Virus record (IMG/VR): IMGVR_UViG_3300010885_060749
Reading direction: 5' to 3' (one strand)
Length of the DNA: 64,000 bases
DNA from: an uncultured virus (IMG/VR IMGVR_UViG_3300010885_060749)
Taxonomy: Duplodnaviria; Heunggongvirae; Uroviricota; Caudoviricetes
The notes under the pieces are model-generated. The model was not told the origin of the DNA. It did not search any database and was given only the letters and a program-made list of their open reading frames with translations. Position 1 is the first letter of the stretch. Every line of letters begins with the position of its first letter. Shown here one piece after another: positions 10,266 to 19,758 of the stretch. The translations under genes and the position numbers were made by a program.

Positions 10266-11519
10266 TTAAAGCTTGGTGATGGTTATGACAGTGTCCTGAC
10301 CGTCTCCCGTTTTATCGATCGCATTCGCGTAAACGTTTAGATTCGAGACGTTGGAGGCTAAATTAACCTTCACTGTGATGGTCGATCCTGCTCTCAGGTA
10401 CGAAGTCTTGCTCACAGAGATTGTCTTGTAACGTGTTGTGTTGTTAGGTACAAGCCCTCCAACGATCGACGTTCCTGTTGCTCTCTCAACCTCGGATGAG
10501 CTTACGAAAATAGCTGCTTCAAGATTGACATTAGTCGAGCTTAAGTTCGTAGTTGGGGCAAGTTTGTAAGCAGCATCAAAATCGATTCGATATCGTCCCT
10601 CTTTTCCCGAAGCTATCGTGAAGGTTGAGCCAGCAGAAAGGTTTCCAGTCTTTGTTAGCAGAGCCCCAGTATTAGTCTCAACATCGTTAAAATAAAGCTG
10701 CTTGTCGGAATTGTATGTCAGGGACGTGTCAGCGCTTAAAGCATCAACGTATCTATTAATTCCAACTCCAGCATCTCCTTGATCACCTTTCACGCTAGTA
10801 GTTTGACTTGTCCAAGCTCCGCCCGTATACTTGTGAATCACGTTGTTGATGATCGCAGTGTCTCCCTCTATACCCGACAACCCAGTGGAGGAGGCAAAAG
10901 CTCCCTTGAAAACCGTTCCTTTGAACGTACCTCCGATTGCAGTCCACGTGAAAGAAGCGCCCGACGCTGATCTTCTGTAGATCTTGTGATTTGTTGCATC
11001 GATTAGGATGTCACTTCCCTGCGTAGTTGAGTACGCAGTGTTGGAAGCTGGACTTCCACCGTCGGATATCGATGTTGTCGTGTAGGTGGCTTTTCCGTCG
11101 GTTCCGTTGCTGCCGTCGGAGCCCTTAACACTGACCGATTGATTCACCCACGACCCAGCGACTCGCTTGTAGATCAGATTGTTATAGATCGCTGTATCGT
11201 TCTCGTTTCCAGTATCGCTTAAAGATGAGAGAATTCCCTTGAAACTTAAACCAGCCGCTCCGTCAGTTCCCTTGAAGATAGACCCAGCGCTCCAAACACC
11301 GTTTGACTTTGTGAAAAGCTTGAAGTTTGTCGTGTCGATGTAAACTTCTCCATCACGTCCAACGCTTGAGCTCGGATCACCGCTTCCAGTTAGAACTGAT
11401 TTTCCATCAGCGCCTGAAGAAGAGGTACTCGCGGGTCCTATCTTTTCAGTAACTCCGAGCTGAGATTGAATCAGGTAGCTTTGACCTGATTGCTGAAGAA
11501 GGAGTTTATTCGATTTCAT
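10266..11519 (-). CDS. Fibre protein with short collagen-like Gly-X-Y stretches and C1q/BclA-like C-terminal domain
   Basis: KGTDGAAG, KGSDGSNGTDG, KGDQGDAG triplets; internal repeats; C-terminal FTI...GRYRIDF...YLRAGSTITV pattern. Confidence 0.6.
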   Translation of the reverse strand: MKSNKLLLQQSGQSYLIQSQLGVTEKIGPASTSSSGADGKSVLTGSGDPSSSVGRDGEVYIDTTNFKLFTKSNGVWSAGSIFKGTDGAAGLSFKGILSSLSDTGNENDTAIYNNLIYKRVAGSWVNQSVSVKGSDGSNGTDGKATYTTTSISDGGSPASNTAYSTTQGSDILIDATNHKIYRRSASGASFTWTAIGGTFKGTVFKGAFASSTGLSGIEGDTAIINNVIHKYTGGAWTSQTTSVKGDQGDAGVGINRYVDALSADTSLTYNSDKQLYFNDVETNTGALLTKTGNLSAGSTFTIASGKEGRYRIDFDAAYKLAPTTNLSSTNVNLEAAIFVSSSEVERATGTSIVGGLVPNNTTRYKTISVSKTSYLRAGSTITVKVNLASNVSNLNVYANAIDKTGDGQDTVITITKL

Positions 11520-14500
11520 GCGATCACCTGAACGAGAGATTCATCGGGATTATCTGGTCTATTACGAGCGACGCTATCGTCGAAATAGGGCATTGATGAT
11601 GTTGCAAAAGTGCTTAAGTTCTGAGAGTACGTTAACATCGGATCAATCGCCGTCGATCCTGAGACGAATCTAGCTTTAACAGGAGGAGGAGCATCAAACA
11701 ACGCTGTCAATTGTCTTGGTTCAAGAATGTCTCGAAAATGACCGAAGTGATCAGACTTCCAGCGACATGACGAGAACTCTGGCTTCGTATTGGAAATACC
11801 GTACCTAAATGGTCCTCTGACCTCGCCCCTGTTGGACTCGTCAGAAGATCTATGCGTTAAACCGAAATCGAAAGGTAAAGGTAGTGAGCTGTAGAAAGTC
11901 GAATATCCAACTCTAAATGCATGGTCAGCCGCAGTCATATTATTTCCAAAGATCGATGCTAGCGCAGAGTTGTCAGTCGACCAGGTAAAAACGTTGCCCC
12001 TAATGACACCATTCGAAGATAGTTTTCTAACTGGATTTCTTTGAAACGGAAACTGATTGGGAAAGAAGTTTGCTGGAAGAAATTCGTTGGGGGTTGTAAT
12101 TCCAAAATTTACTTCTTCAGCGAAGTTGTCGATGTATGACCCGGATCTAACACCGATACGCACAGTCGCGTCTGTTGATCCGCTAAAAAAATCAGAGTAG
12201 CTCGGAAGACAGCTATCGTACGTTCTTTCAGAAGAGTCTGAGATTTTAGAAAATCTCTGAAATGATCCTGTAGTCCCCGCTTGACCCAGTGAGACTCGAG
12301 AGATAACACGTCTCGATTGATCCTGGCTGGCTGTCGAGAACAGGACACCACCTAAAATCGGATTTGCCATGCTACCAGTAACGATCTCATCAAGGTACGA
12401 GCCGTAGTACGATGATACAGGCTCGATCTGAAACTGATCTAGCAGGGGTTCAGCTCCAATAATCTCATGAACAGAGTTTGATGAAAGATCCTGATTCAGA
12501 GTATTAGCGTGAGCAGCGTCATTTTTTATCTCTGACCCGAATAAAGTTACCTTAATTTGACTACCTTCCGTGAACCTCATGAAGAAATCATCAAAAGTTT
12601 CAAAATCATCCATCCCGTGATGAACCGAAATTCCAGCATCGACTCCGAAAAATATCTCATCGTGAGGCATAAGAATGTAAGGAGAAATTGCAGAAATTTC
12701 GCTTACTGCGATATACGACAGAAGATTATCACTTTCGATAAAATTGTCAGAGTTTTCTCCTCCAAATTTTCGGAACGCTCTACTCGATATATCGGAAGTC
12801 ACCCGTGTTTCATCGAGCTCAAGAGGAGATGTAAGAGTCGTTGTTTTTGAGAAGAAGTTGCCAGATGACCTTGATGACAACGAGCCGGTTGGGAACTCTG
12901 CCATCACGGTAAACTCAAAAATTGATGCTGTAAGGACGTAGTTAGATGGACTGTACTGGACGTCTTGTATTGCTAGCCCACCCGGAAACGCATCGAATTG
13001 TAACGTTATCTTTTCTGTTGAAACGAGCGTAGGCCCTGCTATTAAAGTTGAATTTGGAATGGACCTCAATCCGATACTTTGCAAAGGGGGAGCTGTCGTC
13101 GGATAAAATTCAAGATTTATGGACCCACTGTACGTCGAGAACGTCCCGCCACCCGTGGTTGCAAAGATTTCACCGCCGGGTGGGTAAGAAGCGACGGTCA
13201 CTTCGGATGAGAAAGGGGTAGCTCCTCTGAAAATAACAGTATTTGGATTAGCAGAAACCGTGTATTGGGCTGTCTCAAGGACTGAGACGTAAGTAGGGTT
13301 TGCTAGTATTGCGTTGACGATATTCGTAGCAGTCTGCCCAGAGGCTATCACAAAGTGAGTTCCCGCTATCAAAGGCCCAACTGAACCCCCAGGTGCGAAT
13401 ATCAATTGCACTGGCTGGCCAGGCGTAAGGCTGTCGGGATTGGGAAGCGAGATTAATGGTTTTGAGATCGAGCTGTTGAAGTTGTGGGAGAACGCAGGAG
13501 AATGTGTGGGACCAGACATGTTGCTGAACGTTAGATACGTCGGCAAATTATAGAAGCACGCCGATGCTGTCGCAAAAATCTCGCGAATAGACGAGCTTAC
13601 TTCCCACGCAGCGTCGACATTTGAAGAGTTGTTGTATCCTGATAGACCATTTCTTCTTCCCACGAACTGACGACCGAGGAAAAAAACATAGTTATCCTGC
13701 AGCCTAGAGCTTACTCCGTAAGTCCGCGGATTCAGCGCGGTAGATTCTGGAAACGCCGCATCTGTTGAATTTTTTGATCTTTGAACTTGAGCGTTCGATA
13801 CCTCTATCGATATCTTTTCCAGTAAGAATGGGCTTCTTATCAAATCAGACATCTTCAGCAGCTGGGACGATGTAGCGTAATACTTGTTGTCTGCTGGTGC
13901 GAACGCGGAGATGGTCGGCAATCCTACGTAAGAATTGTTTACCGCGTCATCGTAAAAAGGAGTATCATACTGATTTTCAGGCTTCACGAACATTTGAACC
14001 ATGCTCTGAGACCCTGTCGATCTGTAGAACTTTTTTAATCCGTTAACCACCTGTATTAAATCTGCGCAGATGTCAAAACTAATAGAACTCGCACGAGATG
14101 ATGGATCATTTAAGCCCTTGTATTCAAACTTTGATTCATCAAAATTAAAATATGCGACGCCGGTTCGATCAGCTGAATTTCCTCTGGACGTGAGACCAAT
14201 TCCTAGTTGAAATTCACTAGAATTGACGATAGACTTTTGCAAAATAATTTTAGATCTTGCAGGAGCGCTGAACCCTGGCACAATATCGGGATCAGTCCCG
14301 TTCAGGAAGAAATCCGTCGCAGGAATCGAGCGATTCTCATTGAACGGCCCGACGTTCTCAGTCGGTGAGTAATGCAAGTGATTCGGCTGTTGGAATGATC
14401 TGATCGGCAGCGAAGCGCTGATATCCGATTCCTGTCCGATGATGTCGACGGCCTGCGATGCGAACGAGCTGCCCTTCGGAAGCATCGTCGGGAAGACAAT

Positions 14501-15523
14501 GTTCCCGGATTGGGAAAATACGATTGATGTGGCATCATTAAAATTTGATGATAGGGCACCTGTTCGGGTAGGATCGCCGGTGCGACGGACGGTCGAGTAT
14601 GATCCAGGAAGGTCATCGAGCTCACGGAGCATGAGGCGAGGAGAACGTGAGATGAAACCTGAGCTGCTGTTGAGTTCAAGACCACCTGATCTTGATCCTG
14701 AATAGATCGCCGATACCTCTGCCGATGAGAGCTGCCGTCTCCAAATTCCAACTGCGTAGATATTTCCATCAACATCGGAGGTTGCATCGATGTTTCCAGA
14801 GCTGTTAATGTGAGCTCCAAGACGTGTTAATCCACTTGAGCCCGAGACTCCTGGGTAAGCCCCCACAGAAGCGTTATTCTCTGCTACCGATACACCATCA
14901 ACGTACATGGCAAAGCTATCAGTTGAAGAGTTTGCTATCACTCCATCGTAAGTTACAACAACATGATGCCATGCGCCATCTACGATAATGCCGCTATTAG
15001 ATCTGATGGACTTAAAAACACTTTCATTTGTTCCGTTCCCAAGACGAAAGTTGACCTGATTGCTCGAGTTAACGAAAAAATCAAGTTCTCTTTTCCCGGC
15101 TGCGTATTTTTCAAATATGACACTTACTGCCGAGGTGCTGTTCAGCTTAAACCACACAGAAATGCTAAATGGGACATCTCCAGTGCCATCGTTTCGACGC
15201 ATGACGTGATCTGGTAATTCTTTCGAAGACTCGACATAGTCAACCAAGTTGTTCGTCGTGTCAGACTTGAAAACTAAGCTAGTAGCAACTCTGCTTGCGA
15301 TTATATTCGATTCCGGATTGTCGGATGAAATACCCGGACTCAGTTTCCCTGGTTTTAGGTAAAGATCATTGCCTCTTCCAGTTTCGTCTCGTAGTATCCC
15401 GTTTGTCGCGTATGTCGGTCGGTAATAAGAGACTAAATCTTTGCTGACATCCCAGGTAGTCCCATTCAGAAGTGTGAACGGTCTCGAAAGGTTGATCGGG
15501 ATCTCTTGGTTTATTCTTGGCAT
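11516..15523 (-). CDS. Large tail-periphery protein with N-terminal LamG/concanavalin-like domain
   Basis: FSISVWFK...WHHVVVTYDG...MYVDG...G.I..VGIWRRQLSSAEVSAIY LamG_3 pattern; 1335 aa. Confidence 0.75.
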   Translation of the reverse strand: MPRINQEIPINLSRPFTLLNGTTWDVSKDLVSYYRPTYATNGILRDETGRGNDLYLKPGKLSPGISSDNPESNIIASRVATSLVFKSDTTNNLVDYVESSKELPDHVMRRNDGTGDVPFSISVWFKLNSTSAVSVIFEKYAAGKRELDFFVNSSNQVNFRLGNGTNESVFKSIRSNSGIIVDGAWHHVVVTYDGVIANSSTDSFAMYVDGVSVAENNASVGAYPGVSGSSGLTRLGAHINSSGNIDATSDVDGNIYAVGIWRRQLSSAEVSAIYSGSRSGGLELNSSSGFISRSPRLMLRELDDLPGSYSTVRRTGDPTRTGALSSNFNDATSIVFSQSGNIVFPTMLPKGSSFASQAVDIIGQESDISASLPIRSFQQPNHLHYSPTENVGPFNENRSIPATDFFLNGTDPDIVPGFSAPARSKIILQKSIVNSSEFQLGIGLTSRGNSADRTGVAYFNFDESKFEYKGLNDPSSRASSISFDICADLIQVVNGLKKFYRSTGSQSMVQMFVKPENQYDTPFYDDAVNNSYVGLPTISAFAPADNKYYATSSQLLKMSDLIRSPFLLEKISIEVSNAQVQRSKNSTDAAFPESTALNPRTYGVSSRLQDNYVFFLGRQFVGRRNGLSGYNNSSNVDAAWEVSSSIREIFATASACFYNLPTYLTFSNMSGPTHSPAFSHNFNSSISKPLISLPNPDSLTPGQPVQLIFAPGGSVGPLIAGTHFVIASGQTATNIVNAILANPTYVSVLETAQYTVSANPNTVIFRGATPFSSEVTVASYPPGGEIFATTGGGTFSTYSGSINLEFYPTTAPPLQSIGLRSIPNSTLIAGPTLVSTEKITLQFDAFPGGLAIQDVQYSPSNYVLTASIFEFTVMAEFPTGSLSSRSSGNFFSKTTTLTSPLELDETRVTSDISSRAFRKFGGENSDNFIESDNLLSYIAVSEISAISPYILMPHDEIFFGVDAGISVHHGMDDFETFDDFFMRFTEGSQIKVTLFGSEIKNDAAHANTLNQDLSSNSVHEIIGAEPLLDQFQIEPVSSYYGSYLDEIVTGSMANPILGGVLFSTASQDQSRRVISRVSLGQAGTTGSFQRFSKISDSSERTYDSCLPSYSDFFSGSTDATVRIGVRSGSYIDNFAEEVNFGITTPNEFLPANFFPNQFPFQRNPVRKLSSNGVIRGNVFTWSTDNSALASIFGNNMTAADHAFRVGYSTFYSSLPLPFDFGLTHRSSDESNRGEVRGPFRYGISNTKPEFSSCRWKSDHFGHFRDILEPRQLTALFDAPPPVKARFVSGSTAIDPMLTYSQNLSTFATSSMPYFDDSVARNRPDNPDESLVQVIA

Positions 15524-15524
15524 C

Positions 15525-16370
15525 TTACCTCTTCATCCCTGCGTATGCGATTGAATCTGTACCCGGAGAATCCTCCAAGTTAACCAGCTGCCCACTGCGA
15601 GCTGATATTGAACCTCGAGGGAAAAACTGTTCCGACGACTCTCTGCTCTGGTACAGTGCGCTTCTGATATCTCCCTGAAGCTCGAGAGCTGCGTCCTCCC
15701 GATCGGTTCCATCTTCGAATGGTGGCGCAAGATCCGAGGGATCGGAGAGATATGCGGGCTGCGGCAATCCGAGTGTGTCCTGTTCAAAGCACTCATCAAG
15801 GTAAGGTTCGACCGGTCGATCGATCGGGAAAACGTAATCTACAATCATGTTCACACGACGTCTGACGTCCTCAGCGGCATTCGAGACTGCTCCACGTACG
15901 TCGTGTGGATCATAAGGCCAATCGATGGAGTTTCTGGATGCACGAGCTCGAATTGTGAGGGGCTCGATCACTCCGTCGTAGGAATCCGTATCTTTTGCGG
16001 AAAGATTCCAAAGCACCTGCGGATAGATGAGGGTTGATCCCTCATCCTGAATGAAGGTGACCGGGTTGAAGTTCGCCATATCTTCAAGTGTCGTGTCGTC
16101 CCTAAAGTCTTTCGGCATTCCAAATGAGAGAACTTCAAGCTCAAAATTTGGGAATTGCTCAACTTTTTTTGTTCCAACCTGGGTTGACAGATTCTCGTCA
16201 AACAGTTTGAGATTATCGATCCTCTGTCCGTCAACAATCATGACAGGAGAATTCAAGGGTCTTATCTTGGGCATCATGCCCTGATAGACCTGCCCGAAGG
16301 TTCTTAGCTCAACTCCCTGCAGGCTACCCGAGATTGACTCTGCGCCGATTGTTATCGCCTGTGATGCCAC
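15525..16370 (-). CDS. Hypothetical protein in baseplate operon (281 aa)
   Basis: ORF tightly packed between structural genes, GTG start. Confidence 0.6.
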   Translation of the reverse strand: MASQAITIGAESISGSLQGVELRTFGQVYQGMMPKIRPLNSPVMIVDGQRIDNLKLFDENLSTQVGTKKVEQFPNFELEVLSFGMPKDFRDDTTLEDMANFNPVTFIQDEGSTLIYPQVLWNLSAKDTDSYDGVIEPLTIRARASRNSIDWPYDPHDVRGAVSNAAEDVRRRVNMIVDYVFPIDRPVEPYLDECFEQDTLGLPQPAYLSDPSDLAPPFEDGTDREDAALELQGDIRSALYQSRESSEQFFPRGSISARSGQLVNLEDSPGTDSIAYAGMKR

Positions 16371-16371
16371 C

Positions 16372-19300
16372 TCAGATTCTCCTAACTGTTGCCGTCACCT
16401 GACCGAGCTTGATAGTTCCGCGAAGACCGCGACGATCATTCTCACCGATGTATATTCCGCTCTGTAAGTAGTTAAATTTCGACCTTTCGAGCGAGTGGGG
16501 CTCAACAACGTAGTTTGATCCTAGAAATCTAGTGTTGCTGGGAATAAACTTCTCTATCATCGCGCCCATTGAAGCATCGAACCACTTGAAAAACTCGTAG
16601 AGCTGCTTCATCTTTATCTTCTCTGTCAGACGATTGAAGTAAACATCTCTCAGGGCGTCAAGACGAGGATAGTCAGGTGAGAATTGAAGCTCGGGCGACC
16701 CGATCGCATCGTCTATCTCATCCAGGGTCGCAAATATCTTGGAGATATCCTCGTCTAGAACTCTGGTCGCTGAGACCTCTATCGAGAATCTAAGGTCATC
16801 AACTGGAACCTCGGACCTTACGGTTTCATAAACAGGAGAGATCTCCGCATTGTCACGAATCGCCTGATCGTAATCCTGGAATCCTCGTATTCTTATCTTG
16901 TTCGTGGTCTGCGCCTCGTCAAATTGCATCGAGATCACTGACGATGCGACCCTTTCATTAACGATCACCTGCTGTTGATTTCCGAAACCCGAACCGATGA
17001 GATGAAGGTTGTTTTGCGAGAAGTCGATCAACCTAAGCGATCCACCAGCAGCCGATGATGTCAGCTCTTGGGTGCATGCAGCGTCAAATCTCAGCCTCTC
17101 CCATGATCCAGACATCGTGCGAACGAAGTTGTAGTTTGTGGCTGGATTTTCCACGCCGACGGATTCGACGTTTCTAGCATGCTCGAGAAGCTCATCGTTG
17201 GTGAGAGCTTTTGACCAGAACTTGATCCTTGAAATCTTTCCGCTGAACATCGACTCTTTCGCGTCTGCGGGAATCGACGTTGCGTTAAGGAGCTTCGAGC
17301 CTGCCTCGTACAAGGCCTGCGGACCAACGCAGAAGAACGCTCCTGATGTGTTGTATGACGAGATGGTGTCAACTACAGTACCAGCATCGAAGTAGGATCC
17401 AGTGACACGCAGGTAGTCGGAAACACTTGGACCCTGGCGAGCAGCCCAGACGTAGTAGGATGAGCTCGGTTCATTCTCAGTCATGTCGCGACCGAATGAG
17501 ACATGCCACGTAGAACCGTCGAAAAGATCGCTTCCAGTCAAAGTAAGACGAAGGTATGGGTTTGATGATCCGTTCGAAGTTGCGACATAGAGATCGAGAG
17601 ATGATGTCGCTATTCCGGACGTGGCGACAAGATTTGCGAAAACTCCGTGATGGTTGCTTGGAGATGAGGTTCCGGTGACATGAAACCGGGCCAAGCTCTG
17701 AACGGGCGCGTGATTTACTCCTGGCTCGAATTTGTAGAAAGCTTCGTATGACCATGAACCTGAGGTCATCAAGCCGTCTGAAACCGTGTTTGATTTTGTC
17801 GGAAGACCCGGTTCAACTCGTGAGGCGCTCAAGTATGAGCTTGAAACGAACGGAAGATAGTTCGGGATTCCAGTGATAGAATTGTAGCTGACTGCACCTT
17901 CGAAGAGAGAACCGCTGAAATTCAGCATTCCCTGAACAACGGATTTGTTGGACCTGTTTGGAAGTATGTACCCGCTCTTTGTTCCGCCGTACTCTTTAAA
18001 CTTTAGTATGCTGTCGGGTTCGATTCCAGCAGAACGAATCAGGCTCTTAACAGCGTGCAGGGTTCCTTTCGATTTCATGATGAAAGGAAACTCTTTGAGA
18101 ACTCGCCTCCAAATCGTATTTTGAACAGCTTGATACGAAGCTTCTAGATCCATAACTTCGGAGGCCATTGATTCTCCAAGAACAAACCTTGAAGTTTCAA
18201 CGTTCCTAAACATGTTCGGTAAGTTAAGACCGTAATGTTGAGCTAGAAATGGAAGCATCTGATCGGATATCGTTCCTGCATCAGAGTAATCCGTTGTTCT
18301 TAGCTTCGAGAAGTGATCAATGAAGCATTTTACCTCATCGAATTGCTTCGCCCAAACATAGAGCAACGAGCTTATGAGCTGAACAGACCCCAGCCTCGTG
18401 TCACGAGGGAGTGTGTTTCCAGAATCGATGCTGTCTCCGACACCTCCGTCTATCGAATCTAGAACGTAGAAGTCCTGCTCCCTGGTAAGATAGTGCTGCG
18501 GGATTAGCTTTGTGATAAGATTCGGGTTATTGGCATCGTATTGGGACGCTGAGGTCAGCAACGACGTGTTAAGAGAGACCACGTCCGGATGATCTGGGAA
18601 AAGAACCGGTGAGTGCTCTATCTTCTCAAAAGTTAAGGGTGATGCAGCGTGCGCCACTCGTTGCGAAGTCGAGTAATTGCTAATAGTGGCATGAAGTCCA
18701 TTACCCGAGCTGTCGATAACCGTTGAGTTGTTCGTATACGATCCTGTAGGCTCGTTGAACCTATACAGCAATTTAAGAGATTGCTCAGAGTACACAGTCG
18801 ATCGCATGCTGGAGCTTATCTCAAGAGCAGTTCTATTCCTGTGGAAGATACGAAGATCATCAATAGATCCTGAAAGCTTTGAGGCTGGTATGAACGTGTA
18901 CGAGCTCCCAACACTGTGATTGGTGCCAGAACCTATCAAAAGAGGGCTCGACTTAAAATCTATCTGACCAATGTACGTTGAGTTGCTAGACGATGAAACT
19001 AGCTCTCCGTTCTTGAAGAGGTAAAGTCGATCGACGCCCGGGCTTCTGTTGAACTGTGCAGCAACAGATTGAAATGTGCCTTTGCTGACCTGCACCGATG
19101 AGGTCATGAAAGCCGATCCGGATGAGACGAAAAAATTTAGATTGCAGGTGCTTCTTGAAGAGCTCTGCGAAAGAGCTAGTGTGAACCCTTTATCAGAACC
19201 GCTTAGCTTTTGCAGAATTATTTGGTTTCCGTTGATCGCCGATGGGACGAACAGCTGCATCTCGACTGTCATCGATGATAAGCCCGGATCAAGTTTCGGA

Positions 19301-19758
19301 GCACCAGATTTGTCTCTCGACATCACGGGTATTTCAGAACCAGCACTGTCGACAACTTTAACGTAATTACTTGTGTCAAAGTTTAGATAACCGACGCTCT
19401 TCGGTGATGAGTCGAAAACGTATTTCTCGAAACCAGTTAAGTTATCAAAGAAAGTCTCAATCTCTAAGCGAGGACCATCGAAAGGAAACGAATTGAAGAT
19501 AGTCTCAAAAGCTACGTTCGTTTTTGCCTGAGCTGAGTTAAAGAACGTGTGATTCTCAAAAAGAGACCAGTCAAGTGGCAGCTGCTGTGTGGACTTAAAA
19601 CCGGAGCCCGGGGGATCAAAACGAAAAGATGAAGAAGTTGAGAGGTTCAGCTCTTCAACATCAGCAGCGGTGACATCGCGAATAACAGAGCTGTTACCCT
19701 CCAGCTCTTTCGTAAGCTGCTCTTTGGCGAATCCGCCTGCGTAGAAGCTGTTAGGCAC
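16372..19758 (-). CDS. Baseplate wedge-associated protein with two LamG-like domains
   Basis: LSGSIDDLRIFHRNRT..EI...LYRFNE and FSGKISRIKFWSKALT LamG motifs; IWRRVLKEFPFIMKSKGTLHAVKSLIRSAG resembles the KGT..AV motif of P2 gpI/T4 gp7-type wedge proteins. Confidence 0.7.
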   Translation of the reverse strand: MPNSFYAGGFAKEQLTKELEGNSSVIRDVTAADVEELNLSTSSSFRFDPPGSGFKSTQQLPLDWSLFENHTFFNSAQAKTNVAFETIFNSFPFDGPRLEIETFFDNLTGFEKYVFDSSPKSVGYLNFDTSNYVKVVDSAGSEIPVMSRDKSGAPKLDPGLSSMTVEMQLFVPSAINGNQIILQKLSGSDKGFTLALSQSSSRSTCNLNFFVSSGSAFMTSSVQVSKGTFQSVAAQFNRSPGVDRLYLFKNGELVSSSSNSTYIGQIDFKSSPLLIGSGTNHSVGSSYTFIPASKLSGSIDDLRIFHRNRTALEISSSMRSTVYSEQSLKLLYRFNEPTGSYTNNSTVIDSSGNGLHATISNYSTSQRVAHAASPLTFEKIEHSPVLFPDHPDVVSLNTSLLTSASQYDANNPNLITKLIPQHYLTREQDFYVLDSIDGGVGDSIDSGNTLPRDTRLGSVQLISSLLYVWAKQFDEVKCFIDHFSKLRTTDYSDAGTISDQMLPFLAQHYGLNLPNMFRNVETSRFVLGESMASEVMDLEASYQAVQNTIWRRVLKEFPFIMKSKGTLHAVKSLIRSAGIEPDSILKFKEYGGTKSGYILPNRSNKSVVQGMLNFSGSLFEGAVSYNSITGIPNYLPFVSSSYLSASRVEPGLPTKSNTVSDGLMTSGSWSYEAFYKFEPGVNHAPVQSLARFHVTGTSSPSNHHGVFANLVATSGIATSSLDLYVATSNGSSNPYLRLTLTGSDLFDGSTWHVSFGRDMTENEPSSSYYVWAARQGPSVSDYLRVTGSYFDAGTVVDTISSYNTSGAFFCVGPQALYEAGSKLLNATSIPADAKESMFSGKISRIKFWSKALTNDELLEHARNVESVGVENPATNYNFVRTMSGSWERLRFDAACTQELTSSAAGGSLRLIDFSQNNLHLIGSGFGNQQQVIVNERVASSVISMQFDEAQTTNKIRIRGFQDYDQAIRDNAEISPVYETVRSEVPVDDLRFSIEVSATRVLDEDISKIFATLDEIDDAIGSPELQFSPDYPRLDALRDVYFNRLTEKIKMKQLYEFFKWFDASMGAMIEKFIPSNTRFLGSNYVVEPHSLERSKFNYLQSGIYIGENDRRGLRGTIKLGQVTATVRRI

